Of a stretch of 64,000 nucleotides of DNA, positions 23,565 to 37,952 are shown one piece after another. A program made the position numbers and the translations under genes. Origin of the DNA: Marsupella aquatica (lineage: Eukaryota > Plantae > Marchantiophyta); contig OZ316894.1 in assembly GCA_973895155.1 (NCBI GenBank), positions 11,463,892 through 11,527,891 of the forward strand, given 5' to 3'. The first letter of the stretch is position 1. Every line of letters begins with the position of its first letter. The notes under the pieces are model-generated. The model had not been told where the DNA came from. It searched no databases and worked only from the letters and a program-made list of their open reading frames with translations.

Positions 23565-26500
23565 ATGGCGAAGAACGGAGGTGGGGGAGGGCCTGAGGCT
23601 GCTGCAGCTCTGAAAGACGAGGGAAATTTGCACTACAAGAATGGGAGCTTCCTCAAAGCTGCCGCCGTTTACACCCAGGCAATCAAAGCTGACCCCTCCA
23701 ACGCAACACTCTACAGGTTGGTGGGCTGTTCCGTTCGATCGTTCTTGCTTTCCGTCCTTCTCGGTGGCGGGCTTGGCTTGGTCTTTCTGGCTCTGTCTCC
23801 TTGCAAACAGGCACCAATCCCTTGGGCGCAAAATTAGTTGGAAAATATTCCCACCTACGCTTTTCTTTTCATGGCTTGTCGTGAGATTTTCTTGAGATTC
23901 GTTGGCAGAGGGTTTAGCATCTTCTCGCACCATTCGTTGCGCTGCACTGTGCCCGCACAGATCGAGATGCTGGGTCTCTTGAGGCTCTAAAGCCCAAACC
24001 CCAGTGGAGGAAACAGTTGTCGGATCTTGTTGGGGCATTTTGACTAGACGTTTCCTCATCAAGGGAGTTTAGATGCGCCCTGGTGTATATTGATTTGAGC
24101 ACGAATAAGATGACACGGCGGAAATTTAATTCGACGGATGTGCACGACTATATGTGATTCTAGATCCCTAAGTCAAGCTTGAATCTGTTAGTACCCATCC
24201 TTTAGTCCTATTGACGAAATTGAGTGTAAACCCAAAATCCCACTAGTTCAATGATGTAAGAAGATAACTGAGTTAATTACTAGGGTTGAACGAGCTGCCA
24301 GATTGACGTACGAATCCGTCTCTTTAGTGGAATTTGTTAGGGTTCTAGCAATACATCACCTAAACGTGGACGGCAGGTTTGAATGTGTCGATATCGACTA
24401 GAGACATGTGCCAATACTTTCTTTTATTGAGTGGAATCGTTGTCGGGCTCCTTATTGGCAGTAAACCTGATCAGTGGAACTGTAAGAGTCTTGTGATATC
24501 ATATCATTCAGGTCGGGGCTTTTAATTACTCCCTACAACAGAAATCAGTATTCACTGCTTCTTGTCCGGTTGCAGTAATAGGTCCGCAGCGTTCTTGAAT
24601 CTTTTGAAAGTCACAAAGGCACTTGCGGATGCTGAGATGACGATTAAGCTCAATCCATCTTGGGAGAAGGTGCTCATCTTTAACCCTTCTGATGTTTCCT
24701 TCGATTCTTTATGGACGATCCTGATTTCAACAGCAAAGGTTGCAAAAGATGCATATTTTATGCGGTAGTGCTGTGAAATTGAAGCGCTGTGTTTGAGGAC
24801 ACAACAAGGTGTAACAGCAGCATTTTATTGGGTGCATTTGCTAGGGCTATTTCAGGAAGGGTGCTGCATTAGAGGGCGCTGAACGCTATGAAGAGGTAAG
24901 TTTTGTTAGTTATGACCAAATTCTGGGCAAAGTCGGTCATTTTGAGACTACACTGGTCAGATATTTGTGATTGTGTCGTGCAAACCCTGAAGATGTAGGG
25001 TCAGGTAGATTGAAATTTTAGAAGTTAGTTATCGCTCACTAAAATCAAGGATTGGATTTTACATATCCGAAGTCCTGAAGTTTAAAGCAAGGATCAAAGT
25101 TTTCAAGGAGTAATATAGCATTCATGAGATGTGAAAAAATTGTTTCATGTGATGTAAACGCGAAAATAATTATTTGTGGCATGGTTGTTGATTGTGCACG
25201 GTAGTTTTGTTAAGTCTAGCGGTACCAGACGCCAATGTCCACTATAATAATGCCAAGGTGTATTTCAATTTCTTCGGATGCAGGCTCTTGCAGTTTACCG
25301 GGAAGCTTTAGAGAAAAATCCGCAAAGTGCTGAAGTCACAACCAAAATCAAAAGACTTACTCAATTAGTCCGGGACAAGAAGCGGAACCTCGACAAACAA
25401 ACAGCAAAAGAGGATGGTACAAAGATGTTGACCGGTCTTGAGCAACTAAAGCTGGATCTGGTTTGTTCTGGATCCTCACCTGGCTGGCGTTCGGATTGAT
25501 GACACGCCATTTCGTTTGCTATTTCCTTCGAAGTGCTTTCTTTGACGTGTTATTTGGGCTAGGTTCTTTGTCTGTGTGGGGGAACCTCGGTCTTCCTTGA
25601 GTGTTTCTGCAACCTGAAGCTTCGATGTACAGTGTGCTGTTAATCATGAATTTAATTATTGCCAGTGTTTCCTCACAGGCTCAAGGAGCAGGTGCAAATG
25701 TGAACACTGAAGAGTTGTTCAATCTTCTAAGGGAGATAGTTGAGACTTCACTTCAAACATGGAACGTCACTAATGGAAAACTAGATCCAGTTGTGCGCTT
25801 TTCGGTTCCTAAAGAGGCGTCTTCGGCCACAGATTTTGTCCATGTGACTGTTGAGAAGGTAAGATATGGTTGCCAGCTTCAGGAAAGTATGCGCAGGATA
25901 ATACTGGTGACTGGGTGGTGTTTCGTGCGACCCTTTTGAGCAGATTTTTCGTGCTGTTTGTTTGAGAACATTCAAACTTAGTCCCAGAGTAGTGAAGGTC
26001 TTAAGAATGCCGATGGAAAATGCGCAACTGTTTCTGTTTTCAGCAGGCATTTTAAATATTTGTTACTGACGAATTCCTATGGAAATGAACAACACTGATT
26101 GGGTGCTTGGCAGGCATTTGAATCACCCGATACATTACACAACTGTGTGTTTTCGTTACAAGAATATGCTGTAGAGACTAAAGCAAAAGCGGCTTGTCTT
26201 GTGGTTGCGAAAAGAAGCATTGCATTCCCTCAGGTACACTAGTAATAATCTTATGTGGAAATCATTTTACCGCATATCATGGTGGTTGCAACTCCTTTCG
26301 GTGTTCTTCTTTAGGTGCTTCCTTTAGATTGCTTGAAAGATATGATTCTTTCAGACCCGCCTCTATAGATCTTGGCTGCCGTAGCTGCCAAGTTTTGGGA
26401 ATTCTTATTTTGTAGGATGAAAGAGTTTGAATGCCTTTTCTTATCATTTAATGAATTTCTGACCTTGGTTCTGACACAGTTGTTGGTTAAAATGCTTTGA

Positions 26501-27036
26501 TCTCCATGGAATTGCAGATCTGGAAGGGCCAAGGAAGTAGGAAATGGAAGGTCGGGAACTCAAACGGAATCTTTGTGCAGCTCGAGTCACCATCTCTAAG
26601 AAAAATTTGGTTTATCCCAAGTGTGGTGGAGAAAGGACAGAATGTCTGTAGGTATGTATCAAACTTGAATCCTGTTGTGCTTTTCATTCGTGTATTGCCA
26701 TTCGTTCCTGACATGTGACTCACGAATTACCTGGAATACCAGATGGTCCAAATCAGAACGTAGTGCTTACCCAAACCTGCACAACATAACTTACCTATCT
26801 TTTCTGTTCCCTGTGTCCTGAAAATCTAATTCAGTGAGGTGTTCTTAACCATGGTTAATTTTAAACTTATTCTTGGCTATCCTCTGTTCTGTTGGTTTTC
26901 TCTAAGGATATTTTTAGCAGCAGTACTGCGATCACTCTGAGACCTGACCTAGAAAATTTGTTTCCAAATGTGCAGGTTACCAGAGCTATTGGATCTGGAC
27001 GTATATGCAATTTTTCCACCACTGTTTAGATCATGA
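23565..27036 (+). CDS. TPR3: Carboxylate-clamp-type TPR protein, similar to Arabidopsis TPR3, about 322 aa; exons 23565-23716, 24576-24669, 24845-24895, 25284-25460, 25679-25858, 26114-26233, 26518-26651, 26976-27036
   Basis: All introns GT-AG, total 969 nt in frame. N-terminal 3 TPRs (LKDEGNLHYK..AAAVYTQAI..LYSNRSAAFL..ALADAE..WEKGYFRKG). C-terminal AFESP, PQIWKGQGSRKWK and FVQLESPSLRKIWFIPS are recalled as the TPR3-type C-terminus. Confidence 0.88.
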
Positions 27037-29412
27037 GTCTAGTACGTCCCTTTTTCGTAGAGTGTATTTTAGTTGCCTCTATATCATTCAACATTTTTGG
27101 AGTGTATCCGACCCACAGTTGTCTTAGGGTCTACATGCGAGGTTGAACTTGATATGCTACCGTTGAGACTAGGTCTCCTAATTGGACTTGCCAGGATCAT
27201 TCAGGTAGGAAGAGTGCAATCCATGAGTTTGCATACCTCAGTACTACCTCGTAGAAGGAGGGGACGGTTTGAGGCATCTGCTCAGAATTCATGGCAGTGA
27301 ATTATTGATAGCTTACGTCAACTGTTAATTGTTTTTGAAAGCCAGAAGGCAACACGATTAGGTGTTATGAGACTATTTGTACAGTCTGATCCTCACCTAT
27401 ACCATTGCGCGCTTTTCATACCCAAAGGTTGGACTCTGCAGCTCTCAATCTCCTAGAGCTGGCCTAATCGGCTGACATAAGTGTCTTTTGGCTTTGGTGA
27501 TGCAATCATAGCCTTTCTGCTGCCCGGTACTTCGCCCCACGATAGTCCCATACGTGGGAGGAAAGCACAGCTTGTGGTCATAGTGCTTCCTGGTCGGTTC
27601 AAAGGTAAAACAGCTTGTTTTTCGTCGTTGCACCGAGTAGTTTTCTGGTGAAAGCTGTAAATATACTTGTAACTTTGTACCCTATGCTTGTCCCAATCAT
27701 TGCATCGTTCACAAAGCAGCGACGAAGGACTGACCACTGTGTCGTTGACAAGCTAGTTCCTTGGAAACATGGATGCTTTGTCGATTGCTGGAAATGGCAA
27801 CTTCATGTATAATATTTGTTGCTGCAGAGCTTTGGACGGCTTGAATATCGTAAGAGATTGATACATGTAACCCCCAACACTTGATACTGGTACGCTCCTT
27901 CTCAGATTATGACAACTGGCATGAACCTAGGTGCACTCAGACATCGCTGAATATGCTCAACGATTTTTCTAAGTATCGTTAACGTTTTTGGAAAACTGAT
28001 GGCGCCTCACTTTGCACTTGAGGCATGGGCACGTGAAAGTAAGTGAACAAAAGGGATTAGCAATATTCGGTTCACAAATTAACGGCGGTTTGTATACAGA
28101 CTTGGGAGAGCACCAAGATTTCTAACAATGACTGAGGTATGGTTTTATGTTCTTATTTGGGCTTTGGGTGTCCAGTCTTGGAAGTGCACCTAAGTTTCCA
28201 AACTCAAACAATGGCTTTGAGATAAACATGTGCCATTGTTTGGACTTGGGTGCATAACTAGCAATGTGAAGGCTGTACATAGGAAATTGATGGGATGATT
28301 CCCAGAAGTCAAATGGTTTGTCCAAATATGCCAGGAGTAGGAAGTTTAGCAACTTGGGAGATGAGTTGCTCAAAAGAGTTGGAAAGACACATCCACCCCC
28401 TTGCCTGTGCACGATGAAATGCCCATATCACATGCAAAGAGAAAATGTCTGAAATGGTATAAGACCTACGACATAATGAGATGAGTTTATAGTCACAAAA
28501 CACTGAGTGCTATAGTGTTTACGTTTTTGGAGAATTAAGTTGAGCCAGCCGGTGACCGGTCTAGATTCTGTATGATAAAAAGCACTAGTCCATTTCTGTG
28601 CAAAGGTGTTGCACTCATCCTTGTTTGGCAATGAACACAGAGACCGCAGTCACCACGGAACCCCCCGTGGAACACTGAAAATGCACTAAACTGTACTGAC
28701 TTTTGCATAATAGGTCATTTTCGGCCAAATTGTGAGATCAAATTTCTGTGCTTAAGGATACCACAATAAGGGTGGTTTTACAAGACCCATAAATCTGAGA
28801 GGGAACAAAAGAAGCAATGGGCCCCCTACCAGCATTTCTTTAAGTGACAATTTTACTATATTCCCCGTCTCTGAAAAGCCTTACCCACTTTTGGTTAATA
28901 TTCTTCCATCTAACTGTTATCCTCAAATCGAGGGAGATCTGACTATCAGAAAGCAATCTAGAAAAATTAGTTTTAAGTAATATTCATAGCAATTCTCCCT
29001 CACACAAGGACATTCATCGCACTGACTACAAAGAAAAAACATTAATAGTTAGGCTTGACCCGTACCTCTTGTGAAGGCACCTTACTTCAAAGTATCACAA
29101 CCCCATCAATTACCAATCTCTCCCATCAGTCACTTGTCTGTGGAGCTTTCCTACTTAGAAAGACCGCCAAGATCACTCAGCGAGGTGAGCTGAGAGTAAG
29201 TTTTCCACTTCGGTGTGGTCGCCAAGAAAAGAAAAGAAAGCCCACCACAAAAACTGGTCAGTGGCTCCCATCAGTCACTTGTGTGTGAAACCTTTCTACT
29301 CAGCAACACCGCCCGAGAAAACTCAGCAACGTGAGCTAAGTGCCACTTCGGCAGGGCAGCCGAGAAATGAAAGTGCACCACTAAATTGATGTTCAATTTT
29401 GACTAGACGGCT

Positions 29413-29808
29413 GAGCTTCATTTTGGTGACTGATTAGTGATGTGGTTAACAAAGATTTCGGTGACTGATTAGTGATATGGTTTAGAAGGCTTCATTGATT
29501 GTGGTAACTGATTAGTGATGTGGTTAACAAGGCTTCATTGATTTTCGTGACTGATTAATTGATATAGTTAACACGTCATTGATTTTGGTGACTAATTAGG
29601 TTCAAAAGGCTTCATTGATTTTGTTGACTGATTATTAGTGATGTGTTTAACAAGGCTTCATAACTTCATTGATTTTGGTGACTGATTAGTGATGTGGTTA
29701 AGAAGGCTTCATTGATTTCGGTGCCTGATTATTAGTGATTTGGTTAACAACGCTTCATTGATTTCGGTGACTGCTTAGCGATATGGTTAACAAGGCTTCA
29801 TTGATTTC
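29413..29808. repeat. Minisatellite, about 43-bp unit, about 9-10 degenerate copies
   Basis: Consensus ggcttcattgattttggtgactgattagtgatgtggttaacaa repeated head-to-tail. Confidence 0.9.
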
Positions 29809-31290
29809 TCCCCTAATTCATTGATCTCTCGTATGTGAACACAGTTTGGAACGAGCTTTCGTTGCAATGAATCTCCGTGAGTCCAGTGAGAGACAATCTT
29901 CTCGTCACCAGGTGAGATATGCCGCACCATATTGCTTTTCTTTCGATTGAACGATGAGATTTTCTGAGTTGGCGTTCGTTTGATATAATTAATGCAGTGC
30001 GGGGAATCTTGGTTTTCGTTGCGACTAAAGGAATTCTGTGGCCGTGACAATCATTGCTTTCTGTTCCTGCGATTCAGCATAGGGTTATGTCGACAATCAG
30101 AAAGGAATGGCAGAACGATCGTGTCTCCGGTTGTTTTGTGGATTTTGGCTGTCGTTGTTGTTGTATCTCGGGGTCTTCGGATCTCCTTTTGGGTTTCGAG
30201 ATCTGATGCATTAGGATTGATTTGTCAAAGTGTAATGTGCAGTAGCTGAAGAGGCGTGCTAATCGGATCAGAGCTGGTGCAGTGGCCCGGTAGACAAGAG
30301 TCGACACAATGCCGGTACCAGTGGTGGCAAGGCCTGTTACGCAGGTAATTTTCTCGGAAGCGAAGCGTAACTGGCCTTTCGTGGCCGGATTTGGCACTAC
30401 CTTGTTCGTTGTGGTCAAGCTCAGTCTCTCCCTTGACCCGAAGGATGCGCAGAAGTCAACCATGATCAACCCTAATGCTCATCATTGAATGAAGCCGAGG
30501 AGGACGATGACGCTGTGATCGTGAAGGAAATGTGTGATAATCAGTTTGTGGAAAAATATGAATGGCCAAGAAATTTTTCTGGACGTAGGCATCCGAATCA
30601 GCCGAGGACCCTTGGCTCTGGTTGCTACAGGTGATTTTCAGAGACCAAAGAAAATGGAGATGTGCCATTTTTCTTCCTGCATTTTTAACTTTTCCATGAA
30701 ATCTTCAGGAAATAGAAAGATGACTAGTAATATTCAGGTACGAACACAGTTGTCTGGATTCATTTAATAAAGACTTGAGTCAGTCACGGTTGCTCCACTG
30801 GTGTTGCCGCCTGTTATGCCCTATATTAGATCAAGAATGATGCCATTTACAGGCCTTCGTAATTCACTTTTCCTTTCTTTTCCGTTTCAAGACTCTAGTC
30901 ACGAATCACTGCCTGTTATGTCTTCTCCTTCCCGACTCTCGACGCTGTCTCTACTGAGAAATTTTATACCTGTCGGATTGGATTGCAACTGCTGTTCTTT
31001 AAAGTATAACTTCTATTCCAATTCAGATATGTTGGAAATTCTGTTTGTCACAGAGGAGGTACTTCTGCCAAGCACTTTCACTATTAGTGAGTCAAAGTGC
31101 AATCTCTTTCTGTTCCTTGAATTCAATCTCCGAATCCTTCAGATAAAAACGATTAATTATCACTTTGTTTTGAAGGTTAACCATTGCATCTGCTCCTCTC
31201 AGTCATGATTATGCTGTTGCGGAGTATCACGCCCACTGCCTCAAAATTGTTGCAGGAGTTACATTGCTGTAGAAGACTTTGTTTGGGCTA

Positions 31291-31381
31291 GATTGATAAT
31301 CACTCAATAGCCACTCTCGTTAGCTCAGCTTTGGATATTGAGACTTTCGGAACGAGAGTGGCTATTGAGTGATTATCAATC
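31291..31381. repeat. Perfect 31-bp inverted repeat with 29-nt spacer
   Basis: gattgataatcactcaatagccactctcgtt (31291-31321) is the exact reverse complement of 31351-31381. Confidence 0.92.
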
Positions 31382-31396
31382 ACTCAATATCTTGAG

Positions 31397-31699
31397 GATA
31401 ATCCCACTTGCAAACCTGCTAATGCTGCAGACTGGTCTTAAATCGTTGAGATAGTCCAGCAGCAGGTCCTACTCTGCATCCGAATAGGAGCCTTCAGTAT
31501 GCAGCAGAAATACGAACTGCTGGATTTCCATATCTTCAGATAATCCCATTTGCAAACCTGCTAATGCTGCAGACAGGTCTTGTAGACCTACCTAGAGCTT
31601 CTCGGCTCCTGGCAATTGCTTGAATTGTTGGGATAGTTTAGCAGCAGGTCCAACTCTGTATCCAGGCACAAGCCTTTAGAATTCAGCAGAAATGCAAAC
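31397..31699. repeat. Diverged direct duplication, about 120-160 bp x2
   Basis: gataatccca[c/t]ttgcaaacctgctaatgctgcagac...agcagcaggtcc.actctg.atcc...cagcagaaat at 31397 and 31539; the second copy has an insertion. Confidence 0.8.
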
Positions 31700-32891
31700 A
31701 TCGCTTCATGTCCTTCAGCTACGATAGAGTGAAACGAGAAGCACTTGGACATGTCCGCTTCCGTTCAGGCACTTTGAGACAGCCTCTCGAGAATAATACC
31801 AAGTGAAGCAATGGTGTTTTTTATGGGGGCTTGGGCACAACTGAAGTGACCGAAAAAGATTGCAACAAGATGTCTGACGATATCGGTTTGGAAAGGCCCA
31901 CCCTTAAGTGTGCACGGGCTCATATAAATTCAATTTGACCCCTTTTGGAAGTGGTGAACTTGCAATTTGACTATGGAGGCAATTATTTGCTTCCACTGGA
32001 TGGGGTTCCGATCATGTAAAGGTTCCCTAAGTTGGTTGGAACGTGGGGGGCGTGGGGGGGGGTGGGGGCGGTGAAGGTCCAACCAAAAGTAGTTCGAGGG
32101 GACATCCCAACAGAACTGATTGGTACCAATTCCACCAACTTCATAATTTGACTATGGAGGCATATACACGCCACCAAACCCACCGAGTCTTTTGCTTTCC
32201 AATTAAACATGCCCCCAAATTAGGTCAACACTAACCTGCCCCCACAACTAGGTTGCCTCCTATTTTCTGTGGGTTGGTTTAACCAGCGACTACCCCAAGA
32301 TAATAGACAACAGATAACTGATCTGGTAGTCTAGAGACAAGTTTTAGGCTCATAATTGTAAATAAGGATTGCAAACGTGCCCCTTGTCCCTATCGGGTGA
32401 CACTCTCCTGTCCAATAATGCCATGGATGGAGTTTGTGGATAGTCCTACAGGAGGTACTTTTGAAAACACACTAATTAGTCCTATCCCAATATTATCCCA
32501 GGCAGCCATTTCTTTAGTATTTTGTTAGGAGAGGCGATGTGGCTATTGCCTCTTGCATAGGAGCTCCTTTAAAACTATTAAATAGATTCTTACCATCAAA
32601 TTTTCATGGTCCTAGCTGATGGGACCCTTGATTTAAGGTCTATCATCGGTTTGTATCACTCAGGGTCCCATCAAGTAATACTTTTTCTTTTGGGGGTCTT
32701 ACTAGCATATACTTTCACCAGTTCACCAGTAGTGTGTGCACACGCACTTTACATACACTCAATTGTAGGTTTTAGAGTTGTCTTTGGGGACAACATTATT
32801 AGAGTGAGCAAGGACTATGTGGGAGAGAAATAACACTTCCTTGCCTGGAGTAATAAGTACTCCTTGCCCCTCACTTTTCTCCTCGATCTTT

Positions 32892-33058
32892 GACCCTCTA
32901 TTTTTGCTTTTGACATGCTCACTCTTACCTGTCTTGTTTCCTGATTTTTTTGGCACTGCAAACATTAAAACTCATATGACGAGCCCCTCTATTTTTGCTT
33001 TGGACATGGCCACCCTTACCTGTCTTGTTTCCTGATTTTTTTGGCCCTGCAAACATTA
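32892..33058. repeat. About 75-bp direct repeat x2
   Basis: ccctctatttttgcttt.gacatg..cac.cttacctgtcttgtttcctgatttttttggc.ctgcaaacatta occurs twice. Confidence 0.85.
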
Positions 33059-36000
33059 CTCATACTATGAGCACAGTTTATCATTGTTTATTATCAGGAG
33101 TCTGCACTTCCACAGTTGTCATTTGACCTAAGTGGTTTCTGGGATGTTTTCACTTACAATAAGTGCAGAATTAGTGCAAACACCCCCCAAAGAAAAGGGA
33201 AGAACAGGAAGCCTTGCATTCATGGAATGTGCACTTTAGAAGAGAAAAGACTTCATGGAATGTGCACTTTAGAGAGAGACTACCCTGTCAGTAATCATAC
33301 ATTAAAATGTGGTAATATGAAATTGCACTCATTAATCTAAAGAATAATACAGGAGGGATATCATACACTGTATATGACTCGTGGATCTAAAGAATATAAC
33401 CAGGTTTATCTTGGTATGGAAGGATATCATATATGTCATATTTTGTTCCTGCATTTGCTGATCCATTCCACAAGAGACAAACCTCTATCATACACCAAAT
33501 ATGTCATCTTTTGTTCCTGCATTTTGCTGATCCTGCATTACGCATTTGCTGATCAATTCCACAAGAGACAAACCTCGTCATTCATCCAGTCATCAGTATA
33601 ATATGCGGATCCAATATCAATCCGCAACAGACAAACACCCACCGTCGAAATGATTTCGTCTTCTTCGTATAATCGTATCCTTATTCGTCAGTGCACTAAT
33701 AATAAAGCGCAGCACAGTCCAGCGACGTAGATTCCGCTCTACAATACTACAGATGCCGCAAACTCCCCCTCTGCTTTTGTGGCGACTCCGGCGACATCGG
33801 AGTGATCGGGGACTCGGGGGATAGGCTAATTAAATTTCTTCGCCAACCAGCATTGGACGGCGTAGATATTCTCACGAACACAGTGTCGCGACTGAGGCGT
33901 CGATCTTGTGGGCCCAATTGTCCCTCTTCATTTGTTTCGCGCCAAACAAAACCCTATGGCTAATCAGGGCGTTTTCAGTATTGAACGAGAAGACATGGTA
34001 CTATGCAAGTTATGAGTGATGAAAAACTCCGGACGGTCGGAGTTGTTCGGGTGTCTCATGGGTACTAATGAAAGCTTGTGATACTATGCGAGTTATGACA
34101 GAGCCAGACGGTCTGGACTTGTCGGCAGTGTCGTCGGTCCTGAAAGCAAACCTGTGGTGCTATGCGAGTTCGGATCTACAACTGACGGTCTGAGCTTTTC
34201 AGGTGCTGTTTTTTTATTCATAAATATCCAAAGGTGGCATGTGGTGGGCACTTTTTCCTTCCCTTGAAGTGGGAGGTAGATATGTTGATATAATGTTTGT
34301 AACACATTTGTTGTAGCCGTCTGATCTACCGTGCGTTAAATCTACGTCAACCATACAACCAGAACATAAACCAAGACACGTGTCATTGAAATCACTTGGT
34401 TTGTATTGATTTATGTTCTGGTGTACGAACCGCATTAACTTGACATAAATTTAACACGAGCGATCTTCTTAAATTTAAGGAACACCTTCACATTTGTTGA
34501 TTTGCTGCAGAACAACAGGATTGTTGAGATGATGATTTGCTGGATTTAGTCAACTTAGGCTTATTTCTTTTCTACCATCTCTCTAATTTTCCTAGATTTA
34601 AGGAAGATTGTCAACTCTGGGGATCAATTGTATTGGGGAGATAAGTTTTTGGCAAATTCAGTCACTAGACTTTGAACTTTTTTTCAACACATTTATGTTA
34701 AAAATGGCTGCAGAGAAGAAAGCCCCTTGTTTTGAATGATTTTTGGTCAAAATTCGAAGGGCAACTAACTCCATCAATAAGAGTCAGGCCAATTATTAAC
34801 ACCTATAATACAAGGTCCTACCACACCTATAATACAAGGTCCTACCTGTTTTGCAGAGGTAGTCTTACAAGTTTGCAGTGTCAATTTTTGGGGCGAAGGA
34901 ACCAAAGCAAGGAGGAGACCAACAAAAACTGGAAAAAGGAAAAAGAGATAGCAGAGAAAATGGAGTGGGGAGTATTTAGGAGTATTTGTCCTCCTACATC
35001 CTCCCACTTGTCAGGCTACTTTGCACCAATTACACAAAACCCCAAAAGTGGTCCATCCATGCCAGCATCCATGTCAATCCTGAGCATACTGTTTGTGACA
35101 TTTGCCACAAACTGAAATTGAACTTGTTTTTGTGAGTTAAGGGGGTTTTTGTGAGTTAGCCAATCTTGAAGGCAAAATATAGCCTCTTACCAGCCTACAC
35201 CTGAGTGCCTGCCTTTGACCTCTTGTACGCAACAATTCCTTTTAGATAACAATGTCTTTTCCTTCATGACATCTTGGAGTAACAATATCTTTTATGCAAC
35301 ATTTTTTAATGTTATGAAATCTTAAACACAACAATCTCTTTTGTGGAATGATCTAGTTTGTACTCAATGCATATTTTACACAAGTGTCTTTTAGCCCCAC
35401 TTTTGCCAAACAACTTGTGTTATGTAACAACATATTTTCCTACATGACATTAATGATATCTTTTCCGCAAGGACTTCTTTTATGCAACAACATTTTAGCG
35501 CATTGACATCTTTGCAAATAACAATGCCTTATGCATTGACATTTTTTATGTCACACCATTTTTTGTGCAATGCACGTGTAATGAGCTAGTTTAGTAATAA
35601 CAGCTTAATGTCTAGGTTAGCTTTAGAAGAATAGGGAGACCACATGTTGACCCATGTGTGCGGGGGGACATCCTGGAGATTGTATACCTCATAAAGCTTT
35701 ATGGGTGACCTTTTTCATATTTGCAGGGCAAATGACTGTTTATTACAGATCTTATCTATTTCCACTGCTCAACGTCCACACAAAGTGTATATTTTCCACA
35801 CAGAGTGGTATAAAAAATACACAAGAGGCACTCAACTCTCTTAATGAGACATAAAGTTTTGCACTTGAAAGTCACGGAGTGAATAAGGAGCATAATATAT
35901 CGACACACACGATAATATTTTGAAACTGCTATATGGTGAAGTGCACTTTCAAATTTTGTCTTATTTTCATAATTTTTGTGTTATGTATTTTTATTTCAAT

Positions 36001-36419
36001 GTGCTTTATCAAGGGGTACCCCTTTAATTTTTGGTATCTTAGAGAATTTTGAACTCATTTTGGCAGCCCTCTTAATTTTTAATCCCAATGACTTTAAAGT
36101 TTGTAGGTCTTCTTTGAGAAAAATGATTGTAAACAAATGTGAACACTTGGTGTCTTAAGTTCCCCTCATGACATTATTCCCTAAGTTTATGGTTTTTATT
36201 GAATTGGGTGTCATTAGTGAGGCACATTGAATTTGGTGCACAGATGGTAGTGTTGTTGTGTCATCGCACCTGGCTGTTTTTTTCATTGGTCATTGACTGT
36301 ACTTTTTATTGGTCACTGTGTGCTTTCTTTGCATGTCCTATTCTAGTTAGACTCTTTTATTTGATCGACTTACATATCACTACAAGACAAATATCAAGCA
36401 TGTCCAAGGGTGAGAATGC

Positions 36420-37030
36420 TATATCTACACACAGTTAAAGATTTGTTTTAGTAGTCCCCACCCACTTTGGTCAGACATAAAAGGAGCATAACTTTATCAA
36501 CACACACACTATTATGGTTTTTTTTTTGTAGTTCCCACTCACTCTAGCGAGAATTTAAGGAGCATAATATATCAACACACACAGTATTCAGGCTTTGTTT
36601 TAGTAGTTCCCTCTCACTTGGCGAGAATTTAAGGAGCATAATATATCAACACACACTACATAAAGATTTGTTTGACTAGTCAGTCAAGGATCTTAAAAAG
36701 CCCCTAGCAATGACAGAAACCTGGTTTCACCATTTTTAGTACATTTTCCCTGAAATTGTGGAGCAAAGTCTCACCATTTTAAATGTTTTTCCCTAAAATT
36801 GTGGAGAGAAGAATGTGAAAAAAGCCACTAGCCATGACAAAAATCTGGTTTCACCATTTTTAGTACAGTTTTCCTGAAATTGTGGAGCAAAGTATCACCA
36901 TTGTAACCATTTTTTCCTAAAATTGTGGAGAGAAGAATGTGAAAAAGAAAGAAGTCTTGGACACTCCTCCTTTTTATATGACTACCGGTAGTGGTGCTTT
37001 AAAGGAGCATAATATATCAACACAAGACAC
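36420..37030. repeat. Cluster of short degenerate direct repeats
   Basis: aaggagcataatatatcaacaca recurs at about 36481, 36557, 36631 and 37002 (also 35887); a block of about 123 bp is duplicated at 36700-36945. Confidence 0.75.
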
Positions 37031-37269
37031 ACAAAATTTGTTTTACTCCTAATTCTTGTTAGAAAGAAATGTTACCAGTGTGTAATTATTTTTACTAGAT
37101 GCTACAATTTCCATAACCCTGTGCCCGGAAAAATCTCAGGGGGTAATCTTTTTCCCAGGCAAATATTAGGTACAATAATGACTGTTTGGGTGGAGATTCT
37201 AGTGTGAACTTGTTCCCACAAACATTTCTGGACTGCATTTCTTCAGTTTCTGATCACAGGGTTACACAC

Positions 37270-37537
37270 CAGTAACCCCAGACCAAATAATATTTATAGT
37301 ATAGTAATAATTACCCTATACGTAGTCCCCATCTGCTTTGGCCAAAGTTCTGAAAGAAACAAAGGTCTCTCTCTCGCATATTCCTAATAACCCCAGACCA
37401 AACAATACGTATAGTATAGTAATTACCCTATACGTAGTCCCCATCTGCTTTGGCCAAAGTTCTGAAAGAAACAAAGGCTCTGTCTCTCGCTCATATTCCT
37501 AATAACCCCATCCCAAACAGTAATTACCCGTATAGTA

Positions 37538-37586
<49 letters not shown>

Positions 37587-37785
37587 TCCTAATAACCCCA
37601 TCCCAAACAGTAATTACCGATAGTAATTACCCTATACGTAGTCCCCATCAGCTTGCTTTGGCCAAAGTTCTGAAAGAAACAAAGGTTCTCTCTCTCACTC
37701 TCTTTCTCTCACATTACTAGTAACCCCAGACCAAACAATAATTACCGTATAGTAATTACGGGTATAGTTATGAAAGAAACAAAGG

Positions 37786-37816
<31 letters not shown>

Positions 37817-37952
37817 ATTCCTAGTAACGAGTAACCCCAGACCAAACAATAATTACGGTATAGTAATTACCCTATACGTAGTCCCCAGATCCCGTCTGCT
37901 TTGGCCAAAGTTCTGAAAGAAACAAAGGCTGTCTCTCTCTCTCGCATATTCC
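37270..37952. repeat. Composite tandem array (about 6 units of 90-130 bp with embedded variable (CT)n) directly upstream of cytochrome b5
   Basis: Unit taaccccagaccaaacaat..atagtaattaccctatacgtagtccccatctgctttggccaaagttctgaaagaaacaaagg(ct)n-gcatattcc, repeated with internal deletions. Confidence 0.9.

Noticed and set aside
29413-29808. CRISPR-like appearance of the regular repeat array (also 37270-37952)
   Set aside because: No unique spacers, degenerate head-to-tail units, eukaryotic context and no cas genes.
32230-32880. Possible decayed coding sequence on the - strand
   Set aside because: Several stops and no motif I could assign.
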